NCBI GenBank assembly: GCA_020057295.1
Contig: JAGVGF010000002.1
Coordinates: forward strand, 96,001 to 160,000
DNA from: an archaeon
GTDB taxonomy: Archaea; Nanobdellota; Nanobdellia; Woesearchaeales; UBA9642
Direction of reading: 5' to 3'
Length of the DNA: 64,000 bases
This document shows positions 50,901-60,500 of this stretch, piece by piece. Positions within the stretch are counted from its first letter, which is position 1; the number at the start of each line of letters is the position of its first letter. The translations under genes were made by a program, and so were the position numbers. Below the pieces are notes generated by a model. It made no database searches. It saw only the letters and a program-made list of their open reading frames with translations, and was not told the origin of the DNA.

Positions 50901-53900
50901 ACGTGCAACTTAATGTGACAATTAGTGATAGTTTTGGAATAAGCAATGCATTATTAACGATGTTATATCCTAATGGTACAAAAATAAATTATACTCTTAG
51001 TAATTCTGGAAATAATTATTATTATAATTTTAATAATACTGTTCAATTAGGGATATATAACATTACTTTAGTTTGGGCAAATGACACTTTAGGACAATCA
51101 AATCAAAATAACACGTTGATTTTATCTTTTAATGTTACTGCAAGCCCTCCGTCGGATTTCAATCTTTTAGCCCCTACGAATGCAACAGTTTCCACTAATC
51201 TAATTCCGAATATGAATTGGCAGCAAACAACTGATGAAACATTTGCAAATTACACGTTAATTCTAGATAAGGATTCAACATTTGCAACTCCAGATTATAC
51301 TTATGCAATTTCTCCAATAACAAATACTTCTTACATATTAGGATTTGCACTTGATGTAAATTCTGTATATTATTGGAGAGTTATAGCATACGATATTTTT
51401 GGAAATAGTAAAAATTCAACAAACGATTTTATATACATCACAGATAACTCAGGCCCACTTATTACTCTAAACATTCCTGAAACTAATTCTTTTGTACTTA
51501 TGAGCAATGTGTTATTTAATTATACTCCGATTGATGCAAATACTATTTCGAATTGTACATTATATACAAATGCTACAGGAACATTTTCTCCAAACCAAAC
51601 AAATTTTACTATTGCAAATACTCTTCCTAATTATTTATCTATGAACTTAAATGACGGATATTATTTATGGAATATTTTATGTTTTGATCAAGTTGGAAAT
51701 TATAAATTTTCAAATAATAATTTTACATTAAAAATTGATACTACTCCTCCTAATGTTACAATACTAAATCCTCAAAATAATACTTATGAAAATAATACTA
51801 ACAATGTGTTATTTTATGGAAATGCAACAGACGTAATGACTGGTGTGGACAATTGTTCTCTAATAATAAATAACACTGTTAGACAAACCAAATCCGTAAC
51901 TGAAGGAATAGTTTTTAATTTTACAGAATTTGTTTCTAATGGTAATTATGTATGGAACATAAATTGTACAGATTCAAATGGATTTATTGGAAGTTCAGTT
52001 AATTATTTTATCAATGTAAGTGTCGTTGATACTAATCCTCCACTTATACAATTGAATACTCCGACAAACAATGAATATATTAATACCTCGACAATAATAT
52101 TTAATTATACTGTAGATGATGCCTCAGGAATAGAAAATTGTTCTATTTTTATAGGTGGAATATTAAATTCTACAAATTATACTGTTAGTAATCATCAAGA
52201 TAATTTATTTACTATTTCAGAATTTACTTTCGGAACAAAAAATTGGCGTATAGCGTGCTATGATAATACTACAGAAAGAAATTATCGTCTAAGTTCTACA
52301 AGAAATTTCATTGTAGATTTAACAAATCCTGTTGTGACATTAAATATTCCAGGAAATTCAACAACTCCCTTATATCTAAATTACTCGACTATAGAATTTA
52401 ATTATACTCCTAGTGATGCAAATCTTTATTCTTGCGCATTATATGCTAATTTTACAGGATCATTTATAGAAGAACAAATAAATTTAACTCCAACAAATTC
52501 TCAAAATAATTATTTTACTCAAACAATTAATGACGGTAATTATGCTTGGAATATTTTATGTACTGATTTATCATCAAGAAGTAGTTTTGCTTTACAAAAT
52601 TATTTAATATTAGTTGATACACATGCTCCTGATTACTCAAATATTAATGTTTCTCCATATTCTAATTCGCCGTATAATTCATCAAAAAAATATTTCTTTA
52701 ATATTACTTGGACGGATAATTTTGAAATTTCTCAAGTTATTTTTGAATCAGATATTGATTCGTATGCATTATATGGTATTTCTGGAAATTTAACAAATTA
52801 TACAATTAACAGTTCTGACTTAGGAAGTTCAAAAAATTATAGTATTAATTTTACTAATATTGCTGCAGGAAATTATGTTTATACATGGTATGCAATAGAT
52901 GCTGCAGGAAATTTAAATAAGACCGAGCTTTTAACTTACAATGTTTCGCAAGAAAATTCTAGTGTGAATTTATTAATTAATGGCTCAGATGCCAATTTTA
53001 GTATTAATGAAGGAAATTATGTTAATTTAACAGGAACATTATTAGTTCCATTAATAGGAGTAATAGATTTGTATGTGGGTGAATCATTAATAAATTCAGG
53101 AATTGCTCCGATTTATAATATTACATTATTTGAAAATCCGGGTATATATAATGTGACTGCATTTTATAATTATTCTCAAAATTATTCTTCAAGTTCTGAT
53201 ACACATTTTGTTATTGTGAGTGATATAAGTTCTCCGCTAATAACGTTAAATGTTCCCATAACTAATTCTCCAATAGCTTCAGGAGAAATAACTTTGCAGT
53301 ATATTGTGAATGATAAATCCGATATTGCTAATTGTAGTTTATATATCAATGGAACATTAAATCAAACAGATAATTCTATTACTAGAAATGTGACGCAATT
53401 CTTTGTAGTTTCCTTACCCCAAGGAAATTACACCTGGACTGTAGATTGTTATGATAATTCTTCAAACCATAATTACAATATTTCTACTACATGGATATTC
53501 AGGGCACTTGACGCATCAGTCATTAATCTAGTCGTGTCTCCATTAGAATCACAATATGAAATAGTAGAAAATGCTATAATCGAGATAAATACTACCGGGC
53601 AATTTAATGACACATTAAACACTAATTTTACAGCTGATATAATATATGGAAATACTTCCCTTCCTTGGTGGAATACGAGCTTTAAGTATAGAAAGAATCT
53701 GTTATTTACAGAAAATTATAATAATTCAAGAGATGTGACTATGGATGTAAATATAACAGGATTAAGCGCATTAATAAATAATTGTACTACTCAAACAAGA
53801 ATTGTCGAGATTGTTATATATAACGGAACGATAAATCAATCTATTATTCCATTTGAAATTCTTTCAGGAGATGATAGTAATAATTGTTTTGTAAGATTTA

Positions 53901-56356
53901 ATGTAAATATATCTGCACTTCAAAATAATCAAACAAGATATCTAATATACTATGATAATACAAGTACAACCTCTGCTACTCAAACAGTTCCATTAAAGGG
54001 AATAAATATTCAAAGAGATACTGTTTCTGCAACAGGAGCTACTCTTACTGTCGGCATTACTAGTGCAAATCGTAGTAAATCTTTCATTTTATTTACTTCA
54101 AGAGTTGGTTCAACAGGACCAAATCAACACGAGATAACCAGTGATATGCTTATTGATACTCAGATAAGATTCGAGAGATATCTTGGCACTACTGCTGCTA
54201 ATATTTATTGGCAATTAATAGAAGGTTCAGATATTAATGTTCAAAGAGGATTGACTTCTTTTATAGCTACAGACGCAAATATTAATGTAACTGTAAACTC
54301 TGTTAATTTATCAAATTCATTTTTGATAATTAATGGACGTGTTAATTCTGGAACCGCAGGTCAAGCACCTAGAGGAATATTTGAAGGACGATTTATTAAT
54401 TCAACAACAATTTCTCTATCAAGAGGAATTACGGGAACGGCAGCAATTGCGGGATGGCAAGTTGTTGAATGGTCTAAGACTAATGTTCAATCAAATAATT
54501 TAACTTTAACTGCTAATCCTGTTATTGTTAATATTAATCCTGTAGTTGTTAATAGATCTTTTTTAATAATATCTAGAACCACTACAGGAGATACTGGTGC
54601 AGATACCAATTATGTTTTAGGATATATAATAAATTCTACTGCAATAAATATTTCACGTGTTGGAACTACAGGTTCTACAGTTGTTACATGGTTTGTTGTT
54701 GAATTACCTAATGAATATTATATTCAATCAGGTCAAGTCTCTACAACAAATTCTGTAAACCAAGCAATAACTTCTGTGGATATGTCACAAACTTTTAATT
54801 CAGAATCTTGGTCTTCTACTCAGACAGGAACAACTTATACTAATGCAATGATGACTTCTTTTTTGACGAATTCTACTAATATGAATTATACAAAACAAAC
54901 CGCAGTAAATACAAATGTTATAGGATGGTTTGCAATACAATCAAGAGATCCACAATATTCTATAGATGATACTCATAAATTTATAACTCGAGAATCAAAT
55001 GTTACTGGAGCCCTCGGAACATATAATTTGGTTTGGAATACTGCTAATCAATCATTTGGAAATTATTCTGTTGTTGTGACAGCAACAAAAGCGAATTATA
55101 CTACCGCATATGATTATGGAACATTTGAATTAATACCTGATCAAACTCCCCCAAATGTTACTCTTTTAACTCCACTAAATGCTACGGTCTCTGGATCGGG
55201 ATATTTTAATTTTACTTATGTTCCATTTGATTTGACTCTCGCAAGTTGTACATTATATATGGATATAAACGGGATTTTTGGACCTCAAGCTACAAATCTT
55301 AGTCCAATAAATAATGCCTCAAACACTTTTTCTTCCATCTATGTTGGTGCGGGATTCTTTAATTGGAATATAAATTGTACTGATTTATATAATAATTCAG
55401 GATTCTCTCCTTATAATTATACTCTTAATATTACTGGACCAGACTTGGTTATTACAAGAGATGATATATGGTTTAGCAATGATTCGAGATTAGAATTTGG
55501 AAATATAACCTTATTTGCAAATATCACAAATCAAGGGTTGAGTCCAGCAAATAGATCATTCATTGTACAATTTTTTAGAGGAGATCCTGATACTACAGGA
55601 ATTCAAATCGGATCGAATATTACAATAATCAACATGACTGTCGGAGAAGTTATAACAATAAACACTACATATTTATTGACTTCTGGGTTAAATAATATTT
55701 TTGTGAAGTTGGATTCAAATAATTTATTAAATGAATCAGAAGAATCTAATAATAAAGCAAATAATAGTTTAAATATTGGACTATATCAATATTATTTTGG
55801 GAATGTGTCACGAAATTTTGTATTCGGATCTCCTTCTGGAAATTTAACTGTATTCTATTCAGAAGTTAATAGTACTCCTAATGGCTACTTATTTATAGCA
55901 GATGCAGATAGTGTCTTTTCGTTCGCAAATCTACAAGCATTGTCTAGAAATATAAATAATAATTCTGTAAATAATGATTTTTCTGATTTGGATATATCGT
56001 TGAATAGTACTGGATCTTCCGGCTCTATAAATGAAGTGTGGACCAATAATACAGATTCTCCTTTGCATGTTGATATAATTAATTTAACTTCAAAAATAAT
56101 AAACGATGTTCCTTTTATAAATAGCACTACGAATAGTAGTTTTGAAACAGGCATATTATGGGATACTAGTGATGATTTGTCATTAAACTTACAATATGAT
56201 CCCACAGATAAAGAAGATGTCGTATTTGTTACTAAAATATCGACACCAATGATTGGAAGTTATGGTACATACAATTACGAGTTGAAAATACCTTCCAACT
56301 TAAGATCTTATTCCGGTAGCGTTAATATGGTAACATTTTATTATGAATTGAAATAA
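47903..56356 (+). CDS. Giant secreted surface protein (2817 aa): ~11 Ig-like repeats, DUF2341 with inserted repeats, CARDB, C-terminal shared domain
   Basis: TAATG coupling to the upstream giant gene; N-terminal hydrophobic segment; same architecture; PWWNTSFKYRK; PDLVI...ESEESNNKA; ends VTFYYELK. Confidence 0.88.
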   Translation: MNIHLPEYRKKNIILAETLKNTSLFVFFVTLLFLIVTPSVTSIPMMSFDKNYYVTNDVVSILTKDPSPLTISGSLTLEVSIKEDTNYYFKYLGSVNEIISFIPTQSGEYIFRLYNENGNLIDEKSFLVYDKSVDSCATHKLGSQILIDLEEYAFDLGSKLPSEIELIYSNALSTNKIVYNGGITPQIYYTPSIIGKYSLYADGIYLACYDIIDDFAIENSKIIHSTNENLNNITYLNNQISNQTSNSMNKTTFINGLNISLISNQYDSKNTSSIVIDLNNSLIQSETGRLKKKIILFKIKNSLNESLNADTFVYEKEKIVGTIQNTNSNNKDYASNVKDNILENNLLLNTRISVIDYTANTSISNNAYTPDFLVINDTSASLQNASLDADIEFVSGSVKKINFKNLEYKENMEVGVDEVTEKLSSNKLLEKSEKKELKAYAVNLYDLNFTAASFTSIAVGTELWKCKDWNFTTQSCFGTWSKLMDIIPGQEYNVSLFPGDPGFIETFDVNVAIDIDILALDNNTVVLAWIKNGTTVTGNFEIWNTNGSIIVNDTTFDAGMDTQSRVSLDLINTNDFIIASIDGSTNISNFYFYNRTGSMIQSATTISANVGDFNDLSVCQLGDRFIYSYIDANPAQFDGSFQIVNNSGNFIGTITDVDTTVTTTTALQNFVSCAAINITNWVYLYYDVTSSDVTLNARTNTGTNVVLTDLNANVGTTSQVAVATSRNEYIANLYYNSVAATQDVILNIRQLNGAVLTNIATVTPDATAGANIRLDIAEIDALGTSYFVPTWYDAGDTTIKAAVYNETGGQITAPFIVTTTPNTGYRIVAVAGYNSNAELGLCNGTFVIAYTNSSGNAIFNKYLINGSQWNGICPDVTPPTVNLTYPSNDSIVENNNISFNFTVIDDRDVVLPNCSLYTNFTGNFIINKTIYNVTSGIETSINVTNIDDGKYIWNIRCYDNSSNNAFAINAPNNFTLYINKNIPSITNPLINRTVLNQSNYVQLNVTISDSFGISNALLTMLYPNGTKINYTLSNSGNNYYYNFNNTVQLGIYNITLVWANDTLGQSNQNNTLILSFNVTASPPSDFNLLAPTNATVSTNLIPNMNWQQTTDETFANYTLILDKDSTFATPDYTYAISPITNTSYILGFALDVNSVYYWRVIAYDIFGNSKNSTNDFIYITDNSGPLITLNIPETNSFVLMSNVLFNYTPIDANTISNCTLYTNATGTFSPNQTNFTIANTLPNYLSMNLNDGYYLWNILCFDQVGNYKFSNNNFTLKIDTTPPNVTILNPQNNTYENNTNNVLFYGNATDVMTGVDNCSLIINNTVRQTKSVTEGIVFNFTEFVSNGNYVWNINCTDSNGFIGSSVNYFINVSVVDTNPPLIQLNTPTNNEYINTSTIIFNYTVDDASGIENCSIFIGGILNSTNYTVSNHQDNLFTISEFTFGTKNWRIACYDNTTERNYRLSSTRNFIVDLTNPVVTLNIPGNSTTPLYLNYSTIEFNYTPSDANLYSCALYANFTGSFIEEQINLTPTNSQNNYFTQTINDGNYAWNILCTDLSSRSSFALQNYLILVDTHAPDYSNINVSPYSNSPYNSSKKYFFNITWTDNFEISQVIFESDIDSYALYGISGNLTNYTINSSDLGSSKNYSINFTNIAAGNYVYTWYAIDAAGNLNKTELLTYNVSQENSSVNLLINGSDANFSINEGNYVNLTGTLLVPLIGVIDLYVGESLINSGIAPIYNITLFENPGIYNVTAFYNYSQNYSSSSDTHFVIVSDISSPLITLNVPITNSPIASGEITLQYIVNDKSDIANCSLYINGTLNQTDNSITRNVTQFFVVSLPQGNYTWTVDCYDNSSNHNYNISTTWIFRALDASVINLVVSPLESQYEIVENAIIEINTTGQFNDTLNTNFTADIIYGNTSLPWWNTSFKYRKNLLFTENYNNSRDVTMDVNITGLSALINNCTTQTRIVEIVIYNGTINQSIIPFEILSGDDSNNCFVRFNVNISALQNNQTRYLIYYDNTSTTSATQTVPLKGINIQRDTVSATGATLTVGITSANRSKSFILFTSRVGSTGPNQHEITSDMLIDTQIRFERYLGTTAANIYWQLIEGSDINVQRGLTSFIATDANINVTVNSVNLSNSFLIINGRVNSGTAGQAPRGIFEGRFINSTTISLSRGITGTAAIAGWQVVEWSKTNVQSNNLTLTANPVIVNINPVVVNRSFLIISRTTTGDTGADTNYVLGYIINSTAINISRVGTTGSTVVTWFVVELPNEYYIQSGQVSTTNSVNQAITSVDMSQTFNSESWSSTQTGTTYTNAMMTSFLTNSTNMNYTKQTAVNTNVIGWFAIQSRDPQYSIDDTHKFITRESNVTGALGTYNLVWNTANQSFGNYSVVVTATKANYTTAYDYGTFELIPDQTPPNVTLLTPLNATVSGSGYFNFTYVPFDLTLASCTLYMDINGIFGPQATNLSPINNASNTFSSIYVGAGFFNWNINCTDLYNNSGFSPYNYTLNITGPDLVITRDDIWFSNDSRLEFGNITLFANITNQGLSPANRSFIVQFFRGDPDTTGIQIGSNITIINMTVGEVITINTTYLLTSGLNNIFVKLDSNNLLNESEESNNKANNSLNIGLYQYYFGNVSRNFVFGSPSGNLTVFYSEVNSTPNGYLFIADADSVFSFANLQALSRNINNNSVNNDFSDLDISLNSTGSSGSINEVWTNNTDSPLHVDIINLTSKIINDVPFINSTTNSSFETGILWDTSDDLSLNLQYDPTDKEDVVFVTKISTPMIGSYGTYNYELKIPSNLRSYSGSVNMVTFYYELK

Positions 56357-56513
56357 TATACTAGCTAAAACGATAAATAAATTAAAGATATACAAATATA
56401 TATAAATTTTTAAATAAACAATAACATAAACATATAAAATGAGGAGAGGTGAGTATTGAATAGGAATTGTTCTAACACTATTGCTATTTTAGCTAGGTTT
56501 ACCTATTATTATC

Positions 56514-57683
56514 ATGTTTGAATTATTCAAAAAGACGGACGAAGAAAAAAATTTAGATAAAAATGCGGATAAGCAAAAATTAGTAATGAGTAGTTCTTCA
56601 GATACCGCTATGGCATCTTTAGATCCTCCTTCAACATTGCCTGAATTAGCGAAAGACTTGTACGAGAAAGAAGAGGAAAAGAAATCAACTGTCAATGAAC
56701 CTGTTGAATCTGTAAAACTTTCCGAATCAAAGATTCCCAAAATTTCTATGAACAATATTCCTAAAATTACCTTTCCTACTGTCTCATTAGAACCGAACAA
56801 AGATAACGTTCCACAGTTAGATATGGATCTTATAAAATCACACACTGTTCCTAGAGAAGAACATAGAATAATAACTAAACCATTATCTTCACAGACAAGT
56901 CAAGCAAATAATTATGTTGATTCAACAGATTCTTTCTTATCTTTACTAAACAACAAAATTGAGGGAGGATTTTTTAAAGAATTCCAAGATTTTATTGTAC
57001 AGAATACTCTTAATGATACTTCAAAGAGAAATATATTGGAGGACTTATTGGGCAAAGATTTAGTCGAAAAAATGGTCTTATATCATAGTACTAGAGATTC
57101 TGAATTGCCGTTTTATTTATCAAACAATGAATTAACAGCTACTACGAGACATAAATTTGAAGAATTACAAAATTTAGAACATTCATGGATTAGCACAAAA
57201 CAAAAATTAGATATATTAAAAAAATTAAACAACACATTTGAAGTAGATATAAAATTAAAATCCGAAGAATTAAAAGGCCTACTAAAAGAAACACTTAAGA
57301 GATCAGACGGTGTTTCTCCAAGTGTTAATACACAAAATATTTCTACGAATTCAAACACCATGAAAAATGCGATAGATGTAGTAAATAATAATCAAGATAC
57401 TACTGATGTTCATAAAAATGCTTTTAGTATAATGACTTACGCTGTTGATCCTTCAAAATACTTCTATATGCACGATGGAAGAGTTTTAAAATCCTTGTTT
57501 GATTTGGTTGATGCTTTGAAAAATATTGACGACAATACTTTCTATCATCATGTGAATACTCAACGCAATGATTTTTCTAACTGGATAAATGGTGTATTTG
57601 AGCATCATATTTTGGCAGAACACATAAAAAATATTAGAAATAAACATGAATTATTAGAATTCTTCAAAAATAATACTTATTAA
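56514..57683 (+). CDS. Cytoplasmic protein with disordered N-terminus, coiled coil and C-terminal DUF5752-like domain
   Basis: MFELFKK start; YFYMHDGRVLKSL...HHVNTQRNDFSNWI. Confidence 0.8.
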   Translation: MFELFKKTDEEKNLDKNADKQKLVMSSSSDTAMASLDPPSTLPELAKDLYEKEEEKKSTVNEPVESVKLSESKIPKISMNNIPKITFPTVSLEPNKDNVPQLDMDLIKSHTVPREEHRIITKPLSSQTSQANNYVDSTDSFLSLLNNKIEGGFFKEFQDFIVQNTLNDTSKRNILEDLLGKDLVEKMVLYHSTRDSELPFYLSNNELTATTRHKFEELQNLEHSWISTKQKLDILKKLNNTFEVDIKLKSEELKGLLKETLKRSDGVSPSVNTQNISTNSNTMKNAIDVVNNNQDTTDVHKNAFSIMTYAVDPSKYFYMHDGRVLKSLFDLVDALKNIDDNTFYHHVNTQRNDFSNWINGVFEHHILAEHIKNIRNKHELLEFFKNNTY

Positions 57684-57882
57684 CAATTATAGATATTAAT
57701 ATATTCGTTATTAATAATACTTTGAACAGTTTTGTTACAAAGTATATAAAAATATACTTATATGCTTTCTTTAAAACAGATAAAAAGACTTTTATTATTC
57801 TTTATACTTATTTAAGGATTATTTTATTCTTATTATGTGTTAATAAGCCTTTAAAATTCTTTAAATTCCCTAGTTTACATAA

Positions 57883-57898
57883 GCGAAACATTTATATA
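57883..57898 (+). promoter_or_regulatory. BRE/TATA promoter of the first secreted paralog
   Basis: gcgaaaca-tttatata, about 100 nt upstream of the 58001/58010 start. Confidence 0.55.
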
Positions 57899-58000
57899 TG
57901 AGTATACCTATTTGTATATTAATTTAGTATTGTGTTACAAAAATTGTTTGTAATAATTAAATAAAAATCAACAGTAAAAAACAAGAACTCCGACGTAGAG

Positions 58001-58786
58001 GTGAACAGAATGAACCAAAAATTGGTTTTATACACATTGTTAGCGTTATTAACTATATCTATGGTAAGCGCTATACCAACAGGACCGCAATCTATGACTG
58101 AAATTGCAAGCAGTAGATGGCCTGAAGCAGCATATTTAGCTACAAATAATTCCGCAATAGCCGGTAATGTTACAGAATTAACTCTAAATGGTTCAACTGT
58201 CACTAGAACTTGGCAAGGTTACTTTGGTAATATAACAGGTATGGTTGTATTGGGAGATTCAGCTAATAATACACTATACGATTGGAGCGTTGCAAGTCCA
58301 CACGGTCAAGTATACGCACTTAAGAGTTCAGGAATTCCAGCATGGTCAAGCATTAGATGCGCAAATCAAACAGAACTACAAGCAGAAGATACATTATTGG
58401 GTGTAAATTCATCAGTAGATGTAGATGCTGTAAATAGAACTTTTGTTGTAGGCGGTGCACCAGACCAAATAACAAGATTTGGAGCAACACAATTAACTCA
58501 TCCTCTATTTTATGTTGGAAATGTATCAATAGTTAATAATACGTGTCCAGTAGCAGTAATGTATAATAGTACGACACAACCATCACCTTACTTCAAAGAA
58601 GTATTATTATCAGATGGAACAGCAGATCTAATATATACTGGTATAATCGCTCACACATTGAATCCTTTTGCAGAATCAGATGGTTTCGATGATAGAACAC
58701 ATGATTTCGAGATGATCGTTGGTGAAAATGGACATGGTACAGATGTTGCTGTAACGACATACTGGTTCTACCTAGAGCTAACATAA
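58001..58786 (+). CDS. Secreted ~240-aa repeat-family protein, subfamily A (putative filament subunit)
   Basis: Signal peptide VSA-IPTGP; AIAGNVTE, TWQGYFGNITG, HDFEMIVGENGH, YWFYLELT. The start may be ATG 58010. Confidence 0.85.
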   Translation: MNRMNQKLVLYTLLALLTISMVSAIPTGPQSMTEIASSRWPEAAYLATNNSAIAGNVTELTLNGSTVTRTWQGYFGNITGMVVLGDSANNTLYDWSVASPHGQVYALKSSGIPAWSSIRCANQTELQAEDTLLGVNSSVDVDAVNRTFVVGGAPDQITRFGATQLTHPLFYVGNVSIVNNTCPVAVMYNSTTQPSPYFKEVLLSDGTADLIYTGIIAHTLNPFAESDGFDDRTHDFEMIVGENGHGTDVAVTTYWFYLELT

Positions 58787-58930
58787 ATTTTTTTTATAAT
58801 TATATTTATTTTTAGGCAGAGAATTACATCCATATAGTTATTAACAAGGAATGCGTGAATGCAACAGTATCAACTGGAAAATCAAATAATCAATGTATAG
58901 CTTAAACTTATAATCAACCAACGAGGCAAA

Positions 58931-59662
58931 ATGAATCACAGAACTAGATTATTCTTAATCGGGATGATTGGTTTATTAGTATTGTCCTCATTCATAAGAG
59001 CTTTGCCTGCTGGTCCTATAGTAAATTATATATCTAATACTACATCAGCAACTGTATCTGTTAATAGAAGCGTAGATGCTAAAGGTACAATCACTACAAT
59101 AACTTTAAGTGCAAGTCAGCAAGATTACAAGTGGAAAGCTTATGTTGGTAATGTTACTGGTAAATTAGCATTAGATGATGCAAACGGTAAGTCTATCTAT
59201 GATTGGGCATTAGGAGGCACAGGAGCAATAGGAGAAGTGTATGTTTCAAGGGCTTCAAGTGTTAACTGGAATAATGTGTCTTGCGTTAATCAATCTGTTT
59301 TAGATTCTGAGCAGACAGCAATGGGAATGATAGGAAGCTCTCCAGATAGCATAAATAGTACGTTTAATTATACTTCACACAAAACTTTTAAGGTAGCAAC
59401 AGTAAATATTACAACAAGTAGTTGTAGATCAACAGCTACTTATCTTAATGATACTGCACAAACAGTTAATGAAACAGCATTATTTCAGGAAGTTTTATTG
59501 AAAGATGATATCCTTAATACTTTTGTTTATGCTACTATTATCGAACCAACAGCACCATTAGGTTTTGATGGAGCTAATAAATATGACTTTCAAATGTTAG
59601 TGGCAGAGAATGAATCCTCAACGGTGCCAACATTGTATTATTTTTATTTAGAACTAGGATAA
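58931..59662 (+). CDS. Secreted repeat-family protein, subfamily B
   Basis: IRA-LPAGP; DYKWKAYVGNVTGKLALDDA; KYDFQMLVAENE; YYFYLELG. Confidence 0.85.
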   Translation: MNHRTRLFLIGMIGLLVLSSFIRALPAGPIVNYISNTTSATVSVNRSVDAKGTITTITLSASQQDYKWKAYVGNVTGKLALDDANGKSIYDWALGGTGAIGEVYVSRASSVNWNNVSCVNQSVLDSEQTAMGMIGSSPDSINSTFNYTSHKTFKVATVNITTSSCRSTATYLNDTAQTVNETALFQEVLLKDDILNTFVYATIIEPTAPLGFDGANKYDFQMLVAENESSTVPTLYYFYLELG

Positions 59663-59963
59663 ACTAGTTCTAAATAGTGTTTTTTTTCTTTCTTAAATTA
59701 TTCTTCTATGTTTAGTCTTTTGTTTTTAATGTCTTTAATTCTATTTAGTTCTATTTGTAATTTTCTAATTTATTCTAATGTGATTTTATTTTATGTCGTA
59801 CCATTTTTTTACGAAATTTTAAAGAAGTATTACATAATAAGTATTTTACTGTTATAAAAAGCATAAAATATATAAATAAATCTTACAAGATAAGTATTTA
59901 TGCTTTGTTTTATTGCTATTTTGTTAATATCTTGCTAATATCCTGTTAATTTGAAATAATGGA

Positions 59964-60500
59964 ATGAAGATTATCAACTCAACAAATAACACGTATGTAA
60001 GTGATTATAGTTCTAGTTATACTGCTAATTACACCCTAATTTTATCTAACGCAAATTCAATAACACCCCGATTTTCTTTAAATAAGATATTAGTTCAGGA
60101 TAATGAAACAACTCTGCTAAGAGAAAAAGAAATACTTATACCATTGAGTATTATACAAAACAACAGTTCATTAGAATCAATAGTTCTGTACTTAAAGGAT
60201 GTTGTAGGATTAAAATTCTCAGAGATAGCACGAATACTAAACAGAGATCAAAGAACAGTGTGGGTAACATACAACAATTCTAAACGGAAAAATATCAAAC
60301 AAATCCTCTCTAAAAATACTATATTCATTCCATCAAACATATTCTCATCAAGAAAATTCAGCATTTTAGAGACAATAGTTCTACATCTAAAAACGAACGA
60401 AAACATGACATTTACTCAAATTGCAGAATCATTAGGAAAAAATTATCGCACAATATGGACTGTATACAGAAGAGCGATGTTTAAGGTAAATTATGATTAA
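59964..60500 (+). CDS. Duplicated HTH (sigma70 region-4-like) DNA-binding protein
   Basis: Two IP.S...LE.IVL.LK....F..IA..L....RT.W..Y repeats; 8-bp overlap with the next gene. Confidence 0.8.
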   Translation: MKIINSTNNTYVSDYSSSYTANYTLILSNANSITPRFSLNKILVQDNETTLLREKEILIPLSIIQNNSSLESIVLYLKDVVGLKFSEIARILNRDQRTVWVTYNNSKRKNIKQILSKNTIFIPSNIFSSRKFSILETIVLHLKTNENMTFTQIAESLGKNYRTIWTVYRRAMFKVNYD

